Part shown: positions 8,725 through 17,561 of the stretch, piece after piece
How positions within the stretch are numbered: position 1 is the stretch's first letter
Layout: every line of letters begins with the position of its first letter
From: Vitiosangium sp. GDMCC 1.1324
GTDB taxonomy: Bacteria; Myxococcota; Myxococcia; Myxococcales; Myxococcaceae
DNA length: 64,000 nucleotides
NCBI RefSeq assembly: GCF_003044305.1
Contig: NZ_PZOX01000005.1
Coordinates: forward strand, 515,493 to 579,492
Direction: 5' to 3'
Made by a program: the position numbers and the translations under genes
Notes under the pieces: generated by a model
What the model was told of the DNA's origin: nothing
The model's database searches: none
Seen by the model: the letters and a program-made list of their open reading frames with translations, nothing else

Positions 8725-9699
8725 TCAGTGGATCCGCAGCGCGAGCTTGCCCAGGTGGTGCTTGAGCACCTCCTGCTGCGCCCTGACGGCCTCCTCCATC
8801 GAATAGAGATGGCCGATCTCCAGATGGAAGGGACCTGCTTCGATCAGTTCGTTGAGCCGCTCGAGGATCTCCGGGCTGGGGATGCCATCGTAGGCAATGA
8901 CCTCGACCCCCTTGGGGCCGCGCGGGCGCGGATCCACGCCGTTCGGGTGAGCGATGCGGCCGCCCTGGCGAACGTGCTTCAACGCTGTCTGGCAGGTGTC
9001 ACCGCACGCCAGCACCAGCGCCGCGTCGAGTCCGTCCGGTGCGAAGTCGCGACAAACCTTCTCCACGTCACCGTGGTGGCCCTCGACGACTGCGTCCGCG
9101 CCGAGGCGACGGGCCAGTTCCACCCCGTCCTCGCCCGAGGCGCTTGCCAGCACCTTCGCCCCCAGCCGCCTGGCGAGCTGCAGCGCGATGTGGCCCACTC
9201 CGCCGCTGGCGCCGAAGATGAGCAGGCGTTGCCCCTTCTCGAGCTTGAGGTGCTCCTCGAGCCCGCGAAGCGCGGTGATGCCGTCCGCCGCGAGTGCCGC
9301 CGCCTGCTCCACCTTCATTCCCTTGGGAATCCGTGCCGTGTGCTTCGCCTTCACCGCGGCGAACTCCGCGTAGAAGCCTCCCTTGGGGTTTCCGAACGCG
9401 TAAGCATAGACGCGGTCATGCTCCTTGAAGCCCTGAACGTTCTTGCCCACCGCGAACACCTCACCCGCGCCATCGGAGCCAGGCACATAGGGGAACCGCG
9501 GCCCCCCTTCGATCATCTTGGCCATCACGCCTTCCCGCTCCCAGGGATCCCAGACCCCCACCCCGGCCGCCTCGACGCGGATGAGGATCTCGTCATCACC
9601 GCATTGGGGAACAGGCAACGTCTTGATGCTGAGGACCTCCGGGCCGCCGAAGCGGTCGAGCGCCGCGGCTTTCATCGTGCCAGGAATGGATGTGGCCAT
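8725..9699 (-). CDS. NADPH:quinone oxidoreductase / Zn-dependent alcohol dehydrogenase superfamily (MDR) protein
   Basis: Contains GASGGVGHIALQLARRLGAKV, a Rossmann fold of the quinone-oxidoreductase type. Confidence 0.85.
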   Translation of the reverse strand: MATSIPGTMKAAALDRFGGPEVLSIKTLPVPQCGDDEILIRVEAAGVGVWDPWEREGVMAKMIEGGPRFPYVPGSDGAGEVFAVGKNVQGFKEHDRVYAYAFGNPKGGFYAEFAAVKAKHTARIPKGMKVEQAAALAADGITALRGLEEHLKLEKGQRLLIFGASGGVGHIALQLARRLGAKVLASASGEDGVELARRLGADAVVEGHHGDVEKVCRDFAPDGLDAALVLACGDTCQTALKHVRQGGRIAHPNGVDPRPRGPKGVEVIAYDGIPSPEILERLNELIEAGPFHLEIGHLYSMEEAVRAQQEVLKHHLGKLALRIH

Positions 9700-9998
9700 G
9701 TCGATACTCCTCCTCGGGTGAATCCAACTCCCGAGAAGATGGGCACGCCCCGAGCAACCAGCAGTGCCCGTCCCTCCGAAGCCCGAGCATGGAATGCATG
9801 GGAGGGTACTTCGGCTGACGCAGGGCAGGAGTGGGAAGCAGGCCTCGGCCAGGTCGGCTGCACCGCGACGCCGCGCTGGAGCGGCAACTGCTGGCTCGGG
9901 TCTCCCAGCTGGCGCTGGTAGCCGCCCTGGAGCTGGACGACCCTACCCGAGCGGCTCCGATGTGTCGCTCATCGACCGCGCGGACCTGCTGCTGCCCA

Positions 9999-10445
9999 TC
10001 ATCCAGCGGTCACCGTTCGGCCGGCCGGGGCCTCCTCGGCCGAGGCGGCGGGCTCCACGCGAGCGCGCAGCATCGGCGCGAAGGCGGCGCGGTAGCTCCA
10101 CGCGAGGTACAGCTCCAGCGCGAGGAGGACGATGGGCATTGCAGGCGCCGGGGCGAGCACGAAGTGGAAGCCCGCGATGTTGATGAGGATGGGCGCGAGC
10201 ACGGTCAGCGCCAGGGGGACGAAGCGGTTCGCCAGCAGCGCGAGGCCCGCGGCAATCTCAATCGCCTTGATGAGCGGGAAGACGTAGCCCGTCACCATGA
10301 GCCCTTCGATGAACACGCCTGCCTCCTTGGGAGGCGGAGGCGGCTGCGGCAGGAAGTGGAGGAAGAAGTTGAGGCCGAACACGAAGAACACGAGGCCGAG
10401 CAGCGTGCGAGCCACGCGCGGGCCCCACCTGGCAACGAGAGACAT
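9999..10445 (-). CDS. DoxX-family membrane protein
   Basis: 148 aa with 4 TM helices. The DoxX-like pattern and its pairing with a LysR regulator and an oxidoreductase are typical. Confidence 0.8.
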   Translation of the reverse strand: MSLVARWGPRVARTLLGLVFFVFGLNFFLHFLPQPPPPPKEAGVFIEGLMVTGYVFPLIKAIEIAAGLALLANRFVPLALTVLAPILINIAGFHFVLAPAPAMPIVLLALELYLAWSYRAAFAPMLRARVEPAASAEEAPAGRTVTAG

Positions 10446-10525
10446 GGGGAATGCTCCTGTGAAGTTCTCGCCCCCAAGCTAACGGCCACCCCCGGGCTGC
10501 ACTAGTATGCCGGCGGGCAACGTAT

Positions 10526-10542
10526 TATTGCTGTGGGAGCAA
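10526..10542 (+). promoter_or_regulatory. Inverted repeat ATTGCT-gtggg-AGCAAT overlapping the LysR start codon (LTTR-box-like)
   Basis: A perfect 6-bp inverted repeat with a 5-bp spacer, read from the sequence. It lies in the DoxX/LysR divergent region. Confidence 0.3.
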
Positions 10543-11456
10543 TGGACCTGAACCGCGTCGCCACCTTCCTCCGCGTCGTCGAGGCCGGCTCCTTCACTGC
10601 CGCCGCGACGCGCCTCCAACTGCCCACGTCGTCCGTCAGCCGCAGCGTCGCGAAGCTGGAGGAGGACCTCGGCATCGTGCTGCTGGAGCGCACGACGCGG
10701 AAGATTTCCCTCACCGACGCCGGCCGCGCCTACTACGAGCGAGCCCGCGAGGCCGTCGCCGGGCTCGACGAGGCGACGCTGCTGGCGGGGGATGCCGCGC
10801 GCGAGCCGAGCGGTGTGGTGCGCCTCGCCGCGCCGCCCGAGCTGTCAGGGAAGCTCGCGCACACCCTGGGCGCGTTCGTCCGCCAGCACCCGAAGATTCA
10901 TGTCGACGTCATCCACACGGCGCGCGGCACGGAGCTCGTCGGAGGCCAGGTGGACATCGCCATCGTGGCCGGGCAACTCCAGGACTCGGACCTCATCGTG
11001 CGCAAGCTCGGGGTGAGCGTGCACCGGATGTACGCCTCCGCGACGTACCTCGAGCGACGCGGGATGCCCCGCACGGTGGCCGACCTGGCCCGCCACGAGG
11101 CGGTGCTGTACCGGGGCAACTCCGGGCAGGCGACATGGGAGCTCATCGGCCCGCGTGGCTCGGAGAGCGTCAAGGTCCAGGGCGCGCTGAGCGCGGACAG
11201 CGTGCAGTTCGTCTTCGAGGCGGTGATGGGAGGCCACGGTATCGGCCTGCTGCCCGAGCAGCTCCTCTCGTGCATCTCCGCGTCGAGCACGCTCCTCCAG
11301 CCTGTCCTGCCGAAGTACGTCTCCACCGGCACGCTGCAGTCGCTCGTGCACGCCTCCCGGCACCTGCCCAAGCGCGTGACGCTGCTGCGCGACTTCCTCT
11401 CCCAGCACCTCGTGTCCTGCGAGCGGGCCTTCGAGCGGCCCAGCCGGCCCGCGTGA
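10542..11456 (+). CDS. LysR-family transcriptional regulator
   Basis: N-terminal HTH MDLNRVATFLRVVEAGSFTAAATRLQLPTSSVSRSVAKLEEDLG with an LTTR substrate-binding domain. An alternative GTG start at 10533 is possible. Confidence 0.85.
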   Translation: MDLNRVATFLRVVEAGSFTAAATRLQLPTSSVSRSVAKLEEDLGIVLLERTTRKISLTDAGRAYYERAREAVAGLDEATLLAGDAAREPSGVVRLAAPPELSGKLAHTLGAFVRQHPKIHVDVIHTARGTELVGGQVDIAIVAGQLQDSDLIVRKLGVSVHRMYASATYLERRGMPRTVADLARHEAVLYRGNSGQATWELIGPRGSESVKVQGALSADSVQFVFEAVMGGHGIGLLPEQLLSCISASSTLLQPVLPKYVSTGTLQSLVHASRHLPKRVTLLRDFLSQHLVSCERAFERPSRPA

Positions 11457-11557
11457 CACCGTGGCCCAGCGGGACCCGGGCCACGGGCACGCTGCCCTCA
11501 AAGCACGAACGAGCGGGAGCGCCACTGGAGCCACACGGCAACGGAAGCGGCGCCACC

Positions 11558-12232
11558 TCAGAAAGACTCGAGGAACGGTAGGTCCAGCCGTCCAGGCCCA
11601 GTCTCGTTCTCTCTCGAATCCGGCGTTTCGAATCCTGTAACACCTGCTCCAGGTCCGGGCCTCGGGCAGTTCACCGGCTGATAGGCCCCTCCATTCCCTG
11701 TGTACGCGTAGGTGTCCATGGTCCCGTGCCCATCGACGAAGCCAAAGAACCCGCTGCCGGACTTGGCGATCGCCAGGTACGTGCCGGGAGGCACGAACAG
11801 CGCGTCGTACCAGCCGAACCCATGCTTCCTGCAGACATGAGTGAAGGGAACCTGCGCCGGGAAGGAGGCTTGCACCGAGGCCACGTCCTCTTGCGTGATG
11901 CTGGCGAGCTGGTCGGGAGTGCACTTGCCACGATTCTGGCAGAGCGCCGAGTCCGGTCCGATGCGGATGACGATGAAGCCCGTGCCCACGCAGGAGATGC
12001 CGAGCCGTAAGCGGCCCACATCAGGCATGGAGATGACGCGCGTGTCGGGGTTGGTGCGGTGGTAGTCCGAGGCCAGGTACACCGGCGTGCCCGGCACGGT
12101 CGTTTCTCCCTGGCAGGGCCCGGGATAATCCCTGCTGCTGGCTGCCTGGGACGCGCTGCCTCCCAAGAGGGCGAGGACGCTCAGCCCTACCCGCGTGAGC
12201 TCCCTCCGCTTGGATGTCATGTTGGCTTTCAT
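11558..12232 (-). CDS. Secreted hypothetical protein (signal peptide, Cys-rich)
   Basis: MKANMTSKRRELTRVGLSVLALLGGSASQA is a signal peptide. Its N-terminal 75 aa, promoter and stop-region motif are duplicated at 16289-16828. Confidence 0.7.
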   Translation of the reverse strand: MKANMTSKRRELTRVGLSVLALLGGSASQAASSRDYPGPCQGETTVPGTPVYLASDYHRTNPDTRVISMPDVGRLRLGISCVGTGFIVIRIGPDSALCQNRGKCTPDQLASITQEDVASVQASFPAQVPFTHVCRKHGFGWYDALFVPPGTYLAIAKSGSGFFGFVDGHGTMDTYAYTGNGGAYQPVNCPRPGPGAGVTGFETPDSRENETGPGRLDLPFLESF

Positions 12233-12381
12233 TGGATCGACGCTCTCCTTTCGGCAGCGGGTGCTGCACTACCGTGGGTACGAGAGCGAGCAAGAATTGG
12301 ATGAAGGCCTTCTCACGGGCCGCGGAAGCAGCACGAAGAGCAGAGGAGGAAGCTCGGCTGCCATGTTGCGTGGAGGTCCGC
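12005..12381. repeat. Direct repeat copy 1 (about 377 bp; 5' end plus upstream region of secreted-protein gene)
   Basis: About 95% identical to 16451-16828 by manual alignment, with one 1-bp indel. Confidence 0.8.
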
Positions 12382-12410
12382 GTCCCACGGCACCGCCCCT
12401 TGTTCGGCGT

Positions 12411-12494
12411 ATCGGCGGCTGTCGCCGACAAATCGGCGGCTGTCGCCGACAAATCGGCGGCTGTCGCCGACAAATCGGCGACTGTCGCCGACAA
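12411..12494. repeat. Tandem array of four 21-bp units (ATCGGCGGCTGTCGCCGACAA)
   Basis: Four head-to-tail copies, the 4th with one G>A change. The array contains alternating half-sites TCGGCG / CGCCGA forming overlapping palindromes at about 10.5-bp spacing, in a divergent promoter region. Confidence 0.85.
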
Positions 12495-12753
12495 ATTGTG
12501 GCGGGTCACCGGATTGGGGCTGGCGCCGGTTCATTGGACAGCTCGAGCAAGCTGCTGGCTGTGCCCGTCGAGGCGGCGAGCTCGAATCCCGCCGAGCTGA
12601 GAGAGCCCGGCTTCGGCTCTGCCCCCAGTCAGCCCGGCGCGAGTCCACTGGCGCGCCCCGTGCAATGACTGGATTTCGCGCCGGCTGGCGCAGGGAGCAG
12701 TCCCCCCGGCAGTCACGCCCTCCACGTCGGCACCCTCTACACGGGAGAAATCA

Positions 12754-14415
12754 ATGTCGCGAGAACACAATCGTCCAGGAGTCCCGAGGTCTTCGAGGTT
12801 CGTGCGCTGGTCGTCGGCGCTGTGTGTCTTCCTTGGCGCATGCACCACTCAGGACGGTCTACCTGAAGCGAATCTCCAATCCTCGACCCAGGAGATCATC
12901 AACGGCACTCCGTACGAGGCGGAGAACAGCGGCTTCGTCATGATGGTCAGCAATGGCTCGCTCTGCAGCGCCACGTTGCTCAACAACGAGTGGGTGCTCA
13001 CCGCGAAGCATTGCAACGTCGTCGCGGGAGCGACGGCGTATATGGGCTCGCAGTCCCGCGGGGTGATTCAGGTGGTCAACCACCCGAACCTGGATGTCAC
13101 CCTGGCGCACCTGCAGAGCCCGATGAGCATGCGGAACTCGAGCAACGCATACGCCAGGGCGCTGCGCACCACGCCGCTCGCGGTGGGGGAAGCGGTGCAG
13201 TGCTTTGGCTACGGCCTCAACACCTTCGACGCGGGTGCTGGCACGCTGCGCACGGCGGCCCTGAGCCTCAGCAGCCTGACGGCGACCGAATACAACTTCG
13301 ACCGGAACGGCTCGGGCCAGGTGCAGTGGAAGGGGGACTCTGGCGGCCCCTGCATCGACAGCGAGGGCAGGGTCGTCAGCGTCGCGTCCTACTGCTGGTA
13401 CGGGAACAACGAGGTGTATTCCTGTGCCGTGGTGCGCTCCGATGTGTTCGCGAGCTGGGCGAATGACTACACCAACCTCCGGACCGGTGCCAGCTATCGC
13501 ATCCAGGTGAAGGCGGATGGCCGCTTCCTCCACGAGGATGGATGGGGTGACAAGTTGCTCAGCACGCGCTACCAGCCCAACGACGACTACACCCAGTTCA
13601 TCCTGGAGCCCAATGGCGAAGGCTGGCGGATCAAGGTGAAGGCGGATGGCCGCTTCCTCCACGAGGATGGATGGGGTGACAGGTTGGTCAGCACGCGCGT
13701 CCAACCCAACGATGATTTCACCGTGTTCATGTTCACTCCGTCCGGAGATGGGAGCTGGCGCATCTCTGTCAAGGCAGACGGCCTCTTCCTCCACGAGGAT
13801 GGATGGGGTGACAAGTTGCTCAGCACGCGCTACCAGCCCAACGATGACTTCACCCGGTTCTATCTGACGCGGGTCGACATCCCGGTGAACTTCGAGTTCG
13901 GGGATGCGCGCCGTACCACCTCCACCGGCGACTGGGCCGCCTTCAGCTACAAGTCCGAGTGCGCCAGCGGTGAGATGGTGGCCGGCCTGTCCCTCAACCC
14001 CACCTCGCGCAATACCCGCGTCGCGCTGTGCCGCGCCAGCGGTGACTCCCGCTTCCCGCACAACGGCTGCTACACCCGGCACTTCTCCTCCGGCGACAGC
14101 CGCGGAACCCTCGCCACCGGCGACTGGGATAACGGGTACTACAAGGGGGAGTGCGGCACGAACGAGTTCGTCGCCGGTGTAGCCCAGGACGCCGCCCATG
14201 GAATCACCGCCATGCTCTGCTGCCCCGGCACGGTGGCCCACAACTCCTGCGTCGCCCGCGTCTTCGACGGCCAGAATGGAGGCTGGAACCCCGCCTCGGG
14301 CGACTGGGACCCCGGGAATTGGAAGGGCGAGTGCGGTCCCGGCAGCTACACCGCGGGCCTCTCCCGCAACACCTCCACCGGCACGCCCCACGCGCTGCTC
14401 TGCTGCAATCCTTAA
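12754..14415 (+). CDS. Secreted trypsin-like (S1) serine protease lipoprotein with beta-trefoil (ricin-B-like) triple repeat and a novel C-terminal 3x Cys-rich repeat domain
   Basis: Lipobox FLGAC; catalytic His in TAKHC and Ser in GDSGGP. Three approx. 45-aa repeats (ADGRFLHEDGWGDKLLSTRYQPNDD...W) follow, then three repeats of GDW..G.ECG....AG.......LCC. Confidence 0.85.
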   Translation: MSREHNRPGVPRSSRFVRWSSALCVFLGACTTQDGLPEANLQSSTQEIINGTPYEAENSGFVMMVSNGSLCSATLLNNEWVLTAKHCNVVAGATAYMGSQSRGVIQVVNHPNLDVTLAHLQSPMSMRNSSNAYARALRTTPLAVGEAVQCFGYGLNTFDAGAGTLRTAALSLSSLTATEYNFDRNGSGQVQWKGDSGGPCIDSEGRVVSVASYCWYGNNEVYSCAVVRSDVFASWANDYTNLRTGASYRIQVKADGRFLHEDGWGDKLLSTRYQPNDDYTQFILEPNGEGWRIKVKADGRFLHEDGWGDRLVSTRVQPNDDFTVFMFTPSGDGSWRISVKADGLFLHEDGWGDKLLSTRYQPNDDFTRFYLTRVDIPVNFEFGDARRTTSTGDWAAFSYKSECASGEMVAGLSLNPTSRNTRVALCRASGDSRFPHNGCYTRHFSSGDSRGTLATGDWDNGYYKGECGTNEFVAGVAQDAAHGITAMLCCPGTVAHNSCVARVFDGQNGGWNPASGDWDPGNWKGECGPGSYTAGLSRNTSTGTPHALLCCNP

Positions 14416-14493
14416 CAACACATCCGTATCGAGGAACCCAATCCCCATTCCGGCTCAGATGAGCCCGGCACATCGAAACTCACGAGGAGACCC

Positions 14494-16317
14494 ATGAACG
14501 TTTCCCCCTTCTGTTCGATTCGAGCATCCCTCGCGGCGGCCTTGCTGCTCCTGTCCGCCTGTCAGCCCCCCGAGTCCCCCGAGCCCGGCGTCGAGTCCGC
14601 GCTGCCTGGGACGGGCGGGGCCAGCGGCACGAGCGAGGAGGTGCGCACCGTGGTCCAGGCCGTCGACATCCCCTCCAACTACGACTCCGGCATCTGGGCC
14701 ATTCCCAGCGAGGGAAACCTCTACGCGGACCGGCTGTATGGCGTGAGCGCCCAGTCCTGCGCCGATCTGTGCAGCGCGAGGCAGGACTGCACCGGCTTCT
14801 ACGCCTTCACCGATTGGGATACCTGCCAGCTCTATGGCGCGCAGGCCGAGACCGCCGGCCGTATCGGGCCCTGGAACAACATCAAGATGTACTGGAAGCG
14901 CAAGAGCGTGAATGCGCAGCAGTACGCCTCGGGCATCTGGGCCGTCCCCAACGAGGGGTACATCTCGGACACGCTGTATGGGTACACGCCCGCCCAGTGC
15001 TCGCAGCTCTGCGAGTCCAAGGCCGATTGCACCGGTTTCTACGCGTTCACCGACAGGCTGCAGTGCCGCCTCCACGGCCCGGCCTCCGAGAAGTCCGCCA
15101 CCAACGGCCCGTGGACGAACCTCATGGAGTACCAGCGCAAGCGCGCGACCCGGGCATTCCTCGTGGATTTGAAGGTCCTCACCACCTCCAGCGGCGGGAA
15201 CGAGTTCTGGAGCGAGGCGCATGCCCGCAACGTGCTCGCCGAGGCGACGAAGCTGATGCAGGGCGAGGTGGCCTTCAGCCTGGCGACCTACACGCGCGTC
15301 GTCGATGACGCGCGTTACAACGGCAACTCGCAGTACGACATCCTCCTGGCCTATGGGAACACGACGCAGAGCGGCCGGATGACCGTCTACGTCTCCAGCC
15401 CAAATACCTACGACTCCGCCGGTGTGGCCTGGCAGGGCGCGCAGTTCGCGCCGTACTTCGTGATGCGCTCGCGGCAGAACAATGGCAGCGCGAGCGACCT
15501 CGACGAGACGGCCCGCATCTTCCTGCATGAGTTCGGGCACAACCTGAACTTCTCGCACGGGGCCGCCACCGAGCAGGACCCCTTCCACACGGACTGGTAC
15601 TGGAACGTCGCCCAGGCCCGGCAGGTCGTCACCCGGCTCGCGGACTGGTCCCGGCTCTACCTCATGGGGACCAGCCCGAACATCAAGACCGACAGCCTCG
15701 ACTGTGGTTGGGGCTGGGGTGTCCCCACCCAAGGAGCCCTGACGGAGCCGCAGTTCTACGCGCCCACGGCGCTGGCGTGTGCCGCGCGATGCGCCCAGAC
15801 CTCGGAATGCGCGAGCTCCCACTGGCGTGATGATGGGGCATGCGTCCTCTATGGCGCAGACAGCATCGGCCATACCGGCATGGGCTGGTCCAACGTGGAG
15901 GTGTGCTGGAAGAAGTCCGATGGGACGGACCTGGCGCTCGCGCGCCCCACGCTCCAGTCCAGCACCGATTGGGGCGGCGCCGCGTCGCGCGCCGTGGACG
16001 GCAACATGGATGGCAACTTCAACGCGGGCTCCGTCACCCACACCGCCACCGAGTCCCAGCCCTGGTGGCAGGTCGACCTCCAGAGCTCCCGGTTCATCAA
16101 CAAGGTCGTGGTCCGCAACCGCACCGACTGCTGCTCCGACCGGCTGAACAACTTCAAGGTCCTGGTCTCGGAGGATGGGAGCACCTGGCAGGCGTACAGC
16201 TTCCCGAACGTGGCGCCGCAGCAGACCGAGTTCCCGGTGGGGAGGACCGGCCGCTTCGTGAAGGTGCAGCTCGACGGCTCGGGCGTCCTCAGCCTGGCCG
16301 AAGTGAAGGTGCTCTAG
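14494..16317 (+). CDS. Secreted zinc metalloprotease lipoprotein with PAN/apple-like domains and C-terminal F5/8 type C (discoidin) domain
   Basis: Lipobox LLSAC, a repeated Cys pattern C..C..DCTGFYAF.....C (PAN-like, about 3 copies), HEFGHNLNFSH (HExxH), and a C-terminal discoidin-like segment WWQVDL...RFVKV. Confidence 0.85.
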   Translation: MNVSPFCSIRASLAAALLLLSACQPPESPEPGVESALPGTGGASGTSEEVRTVVQAVDIPSNYDSGIWAIPSEGNLYADRLYGVSAQSCADLCSARQDCTGFYAFTDWDTCQLYGAQAETAGRIGPWNNIKMYWKRKSVNAQQYASGIWAVPNEGYISDTLYGYTPAQCSQLCESKADCTGFYAFTDRLQCRLHGPASEKSATNGPWTNLMEYQRKRATRAFLVDLKVLTTSSGGNEFWSEAHARNVLAEATKLMQGEVAFSLATYTRVVDDARYNGNSQYDILLAYGNTTQSGRMTVYVSSPNTYDSAGVAWQGAQFAPYFVMRSRQNNGSASDLDETARIFLHEFGHNLNFSHGAATEQDPFHTDWYWNVAQARQVVTRLADWSRLYLMGTSPNIKTDSLDCGWGWGVPTQGALTEPQFYAPTALACAARCAQTSECASSHWRDDGACVLYGADSIGHTGMGWSNVEVCWKKSDGTDLALARPTLQSSTDWGGAASRAVDGNMDGNFNAGSVTHTATESQPWWQVDLQSSRFINKVVVRNRTDCCSDRLNNFKVLVSEDGSTWQAYSFPNVAPQQTEFPVGRTGRFVKVQLDGSGVLSLAEVKVL

Positions 16318-16678
16318 GCGGGCCCCGCGGCTCCAGAGCCCGGGCGGCGCGGTGGGGGCCGCCCGGGAGCTCGAAGCGCGCGTCCACCTTCTCCACCTCG
16401 TGGTTGTCTCCGGGTTGGACGGATTGCGACGGTAGGTCCAACCGTCCAGGCCGTAAGCGGCCGACATCAGGCATGGAGATGACGCGCGTGTCGGGGTTGG
16501 TGCGGTGGTAGTCCGAGGCCAGGTACACCGGCGTGCCCGGCACGGTCGTTTCTCCCTGGCAGGGCCCGGGATAATCCCTGCTGCTGGCTGCCTGGGACGC
16601 GCTGCCTCCCAAGAGGGCGAGGACGCTCAGCGCTACCCGCGTGAGCTCCCTCCGCCTGGATGTCATGTTGGCTTTCAT
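16289..16678 (-). pseudogene. Truncated paralog of the 11558-12232 secreted-protein gene (internal-deletion derivative)
   Basis: The first 75 aa are almost identical to gene 11558-12232 (one K>R change). It then joins to a 23-bp motif matching the stop region of the full-length gene (CGGTAGGTCCA(A/G)CCGTCCAGGCC) and reads through antisense to the 3' end of the metalloprotease gene. Confidence 0.5.
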
Positions 16679-16828
16679 TGGATCGACGCTCTCCTTTTGG
16701 CAGCGGGTGCTGCACTACCGCGGGTACGAGAGCGAGCAGGAATTGGATGAAGGGCTTCTCAAGGACCGTGGAAGCAGCACGGAGAGCAGAGGAGGAAGCT
16801 CGACTTGCCATGTTGCGTGGAGGTCCGC
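16451..16828. repeat. Direct repeat copy 2 (about 378 bp)
   Basis: Matches 12005-12381. It lacks the 21-bp tandem array found beyond copy 1. Confidence 0.8.
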
Positions 16829-17055
16829 ACGAGCAGCAAGACTCCGAGTGAGAGCCCGCGGCAACCGCGTCCAGACCCGCATCAGTCCGGGGACACTATT
16901 ATTTCTGGAATGAACTCGATTCCTGATTGATTCGGAAAAGCTGGTTTTCGTTTGACGGAGCGTGAAAACATTGGGAATCCTCTTCTCGGCCACTGCTCCG
17001 TGGTCTGTGCGCCACCGTGGTGCGCTCACCCCCCAAAGAAACCGAGGACAATCCC

Positions 17056-17484
17056 ATGAAGAGCTTCCGCCTCCTGAGCACGCTGTGCGTTCTGTTCCCC
17101 GCCCTGGCGTGGAGCGGCCCGGTCCACAACGTCTGGTCGACGTCGCCGTTCTTCATCAAGGACGGGAACAACACCTACAACGCCACCTCCGGCAACAGCG
17201 CGTTGAGCTGGAACGAGTCCACCGGCTATGCGTTCGCCAATGCCCGCGCCACCAGCAGCCTCGGTGACGTCTACGAGTTCCAGCTCGTCTCCACGACGGC
17301 CACCACGACGAGCTACGAGATCGTCGGCACCTGGAACGTCACCAAGAACGGCAGCCCGCTGTGCACCAACTGCACGGGCTCGGCCTACGGGCTGAACATG
17401 GGGGTTGGCAGCTACTTCAAGATCTACGTCAGCGGTGAGACCTATGGCCTCAGCGCTTACGTCACGAGCGTCTTCAACTACTGA
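17056..17484 (+). CDS. Small secreted protein (hypothetical)
   Basis: MKSFRLLSTLCVLFPALAWSGP is a signal peptide, followed by a Ser/Thr/Asn-rich mature part. A GAGGA RBS and an upstream AT-rich region are present. Confidence 0.65.
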   Translation: MKSFRLLSTLCVLFPALAWSGPVHNVWSTSPFFIKDGNNTYNATSGNSALSWNESTGYAFANARATSSLGDVYEFQLVSTTATTTSYEIVGTWNVTKNGSPLCTNCTGSAYGLNMGVGSYFKIYVSGETYGLSAYVTSVFNY

Positions 17485-17561
17485 GACGGGCTCCTCGGCG
17501 GTGCGCGCGTGGGCCGGGACGCGCGCACCCGCTCGCGCGTGCTGTATAAATGCGCTCCGAC

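Noticed and set aside
11600-11640. tRNA-like T-loop motif (TTCGAATCC) inside the secreted-protein gene
   Set aside because: Flanking sequence cannot form T-stem or acceptor stem, and it lies within a coding frame.
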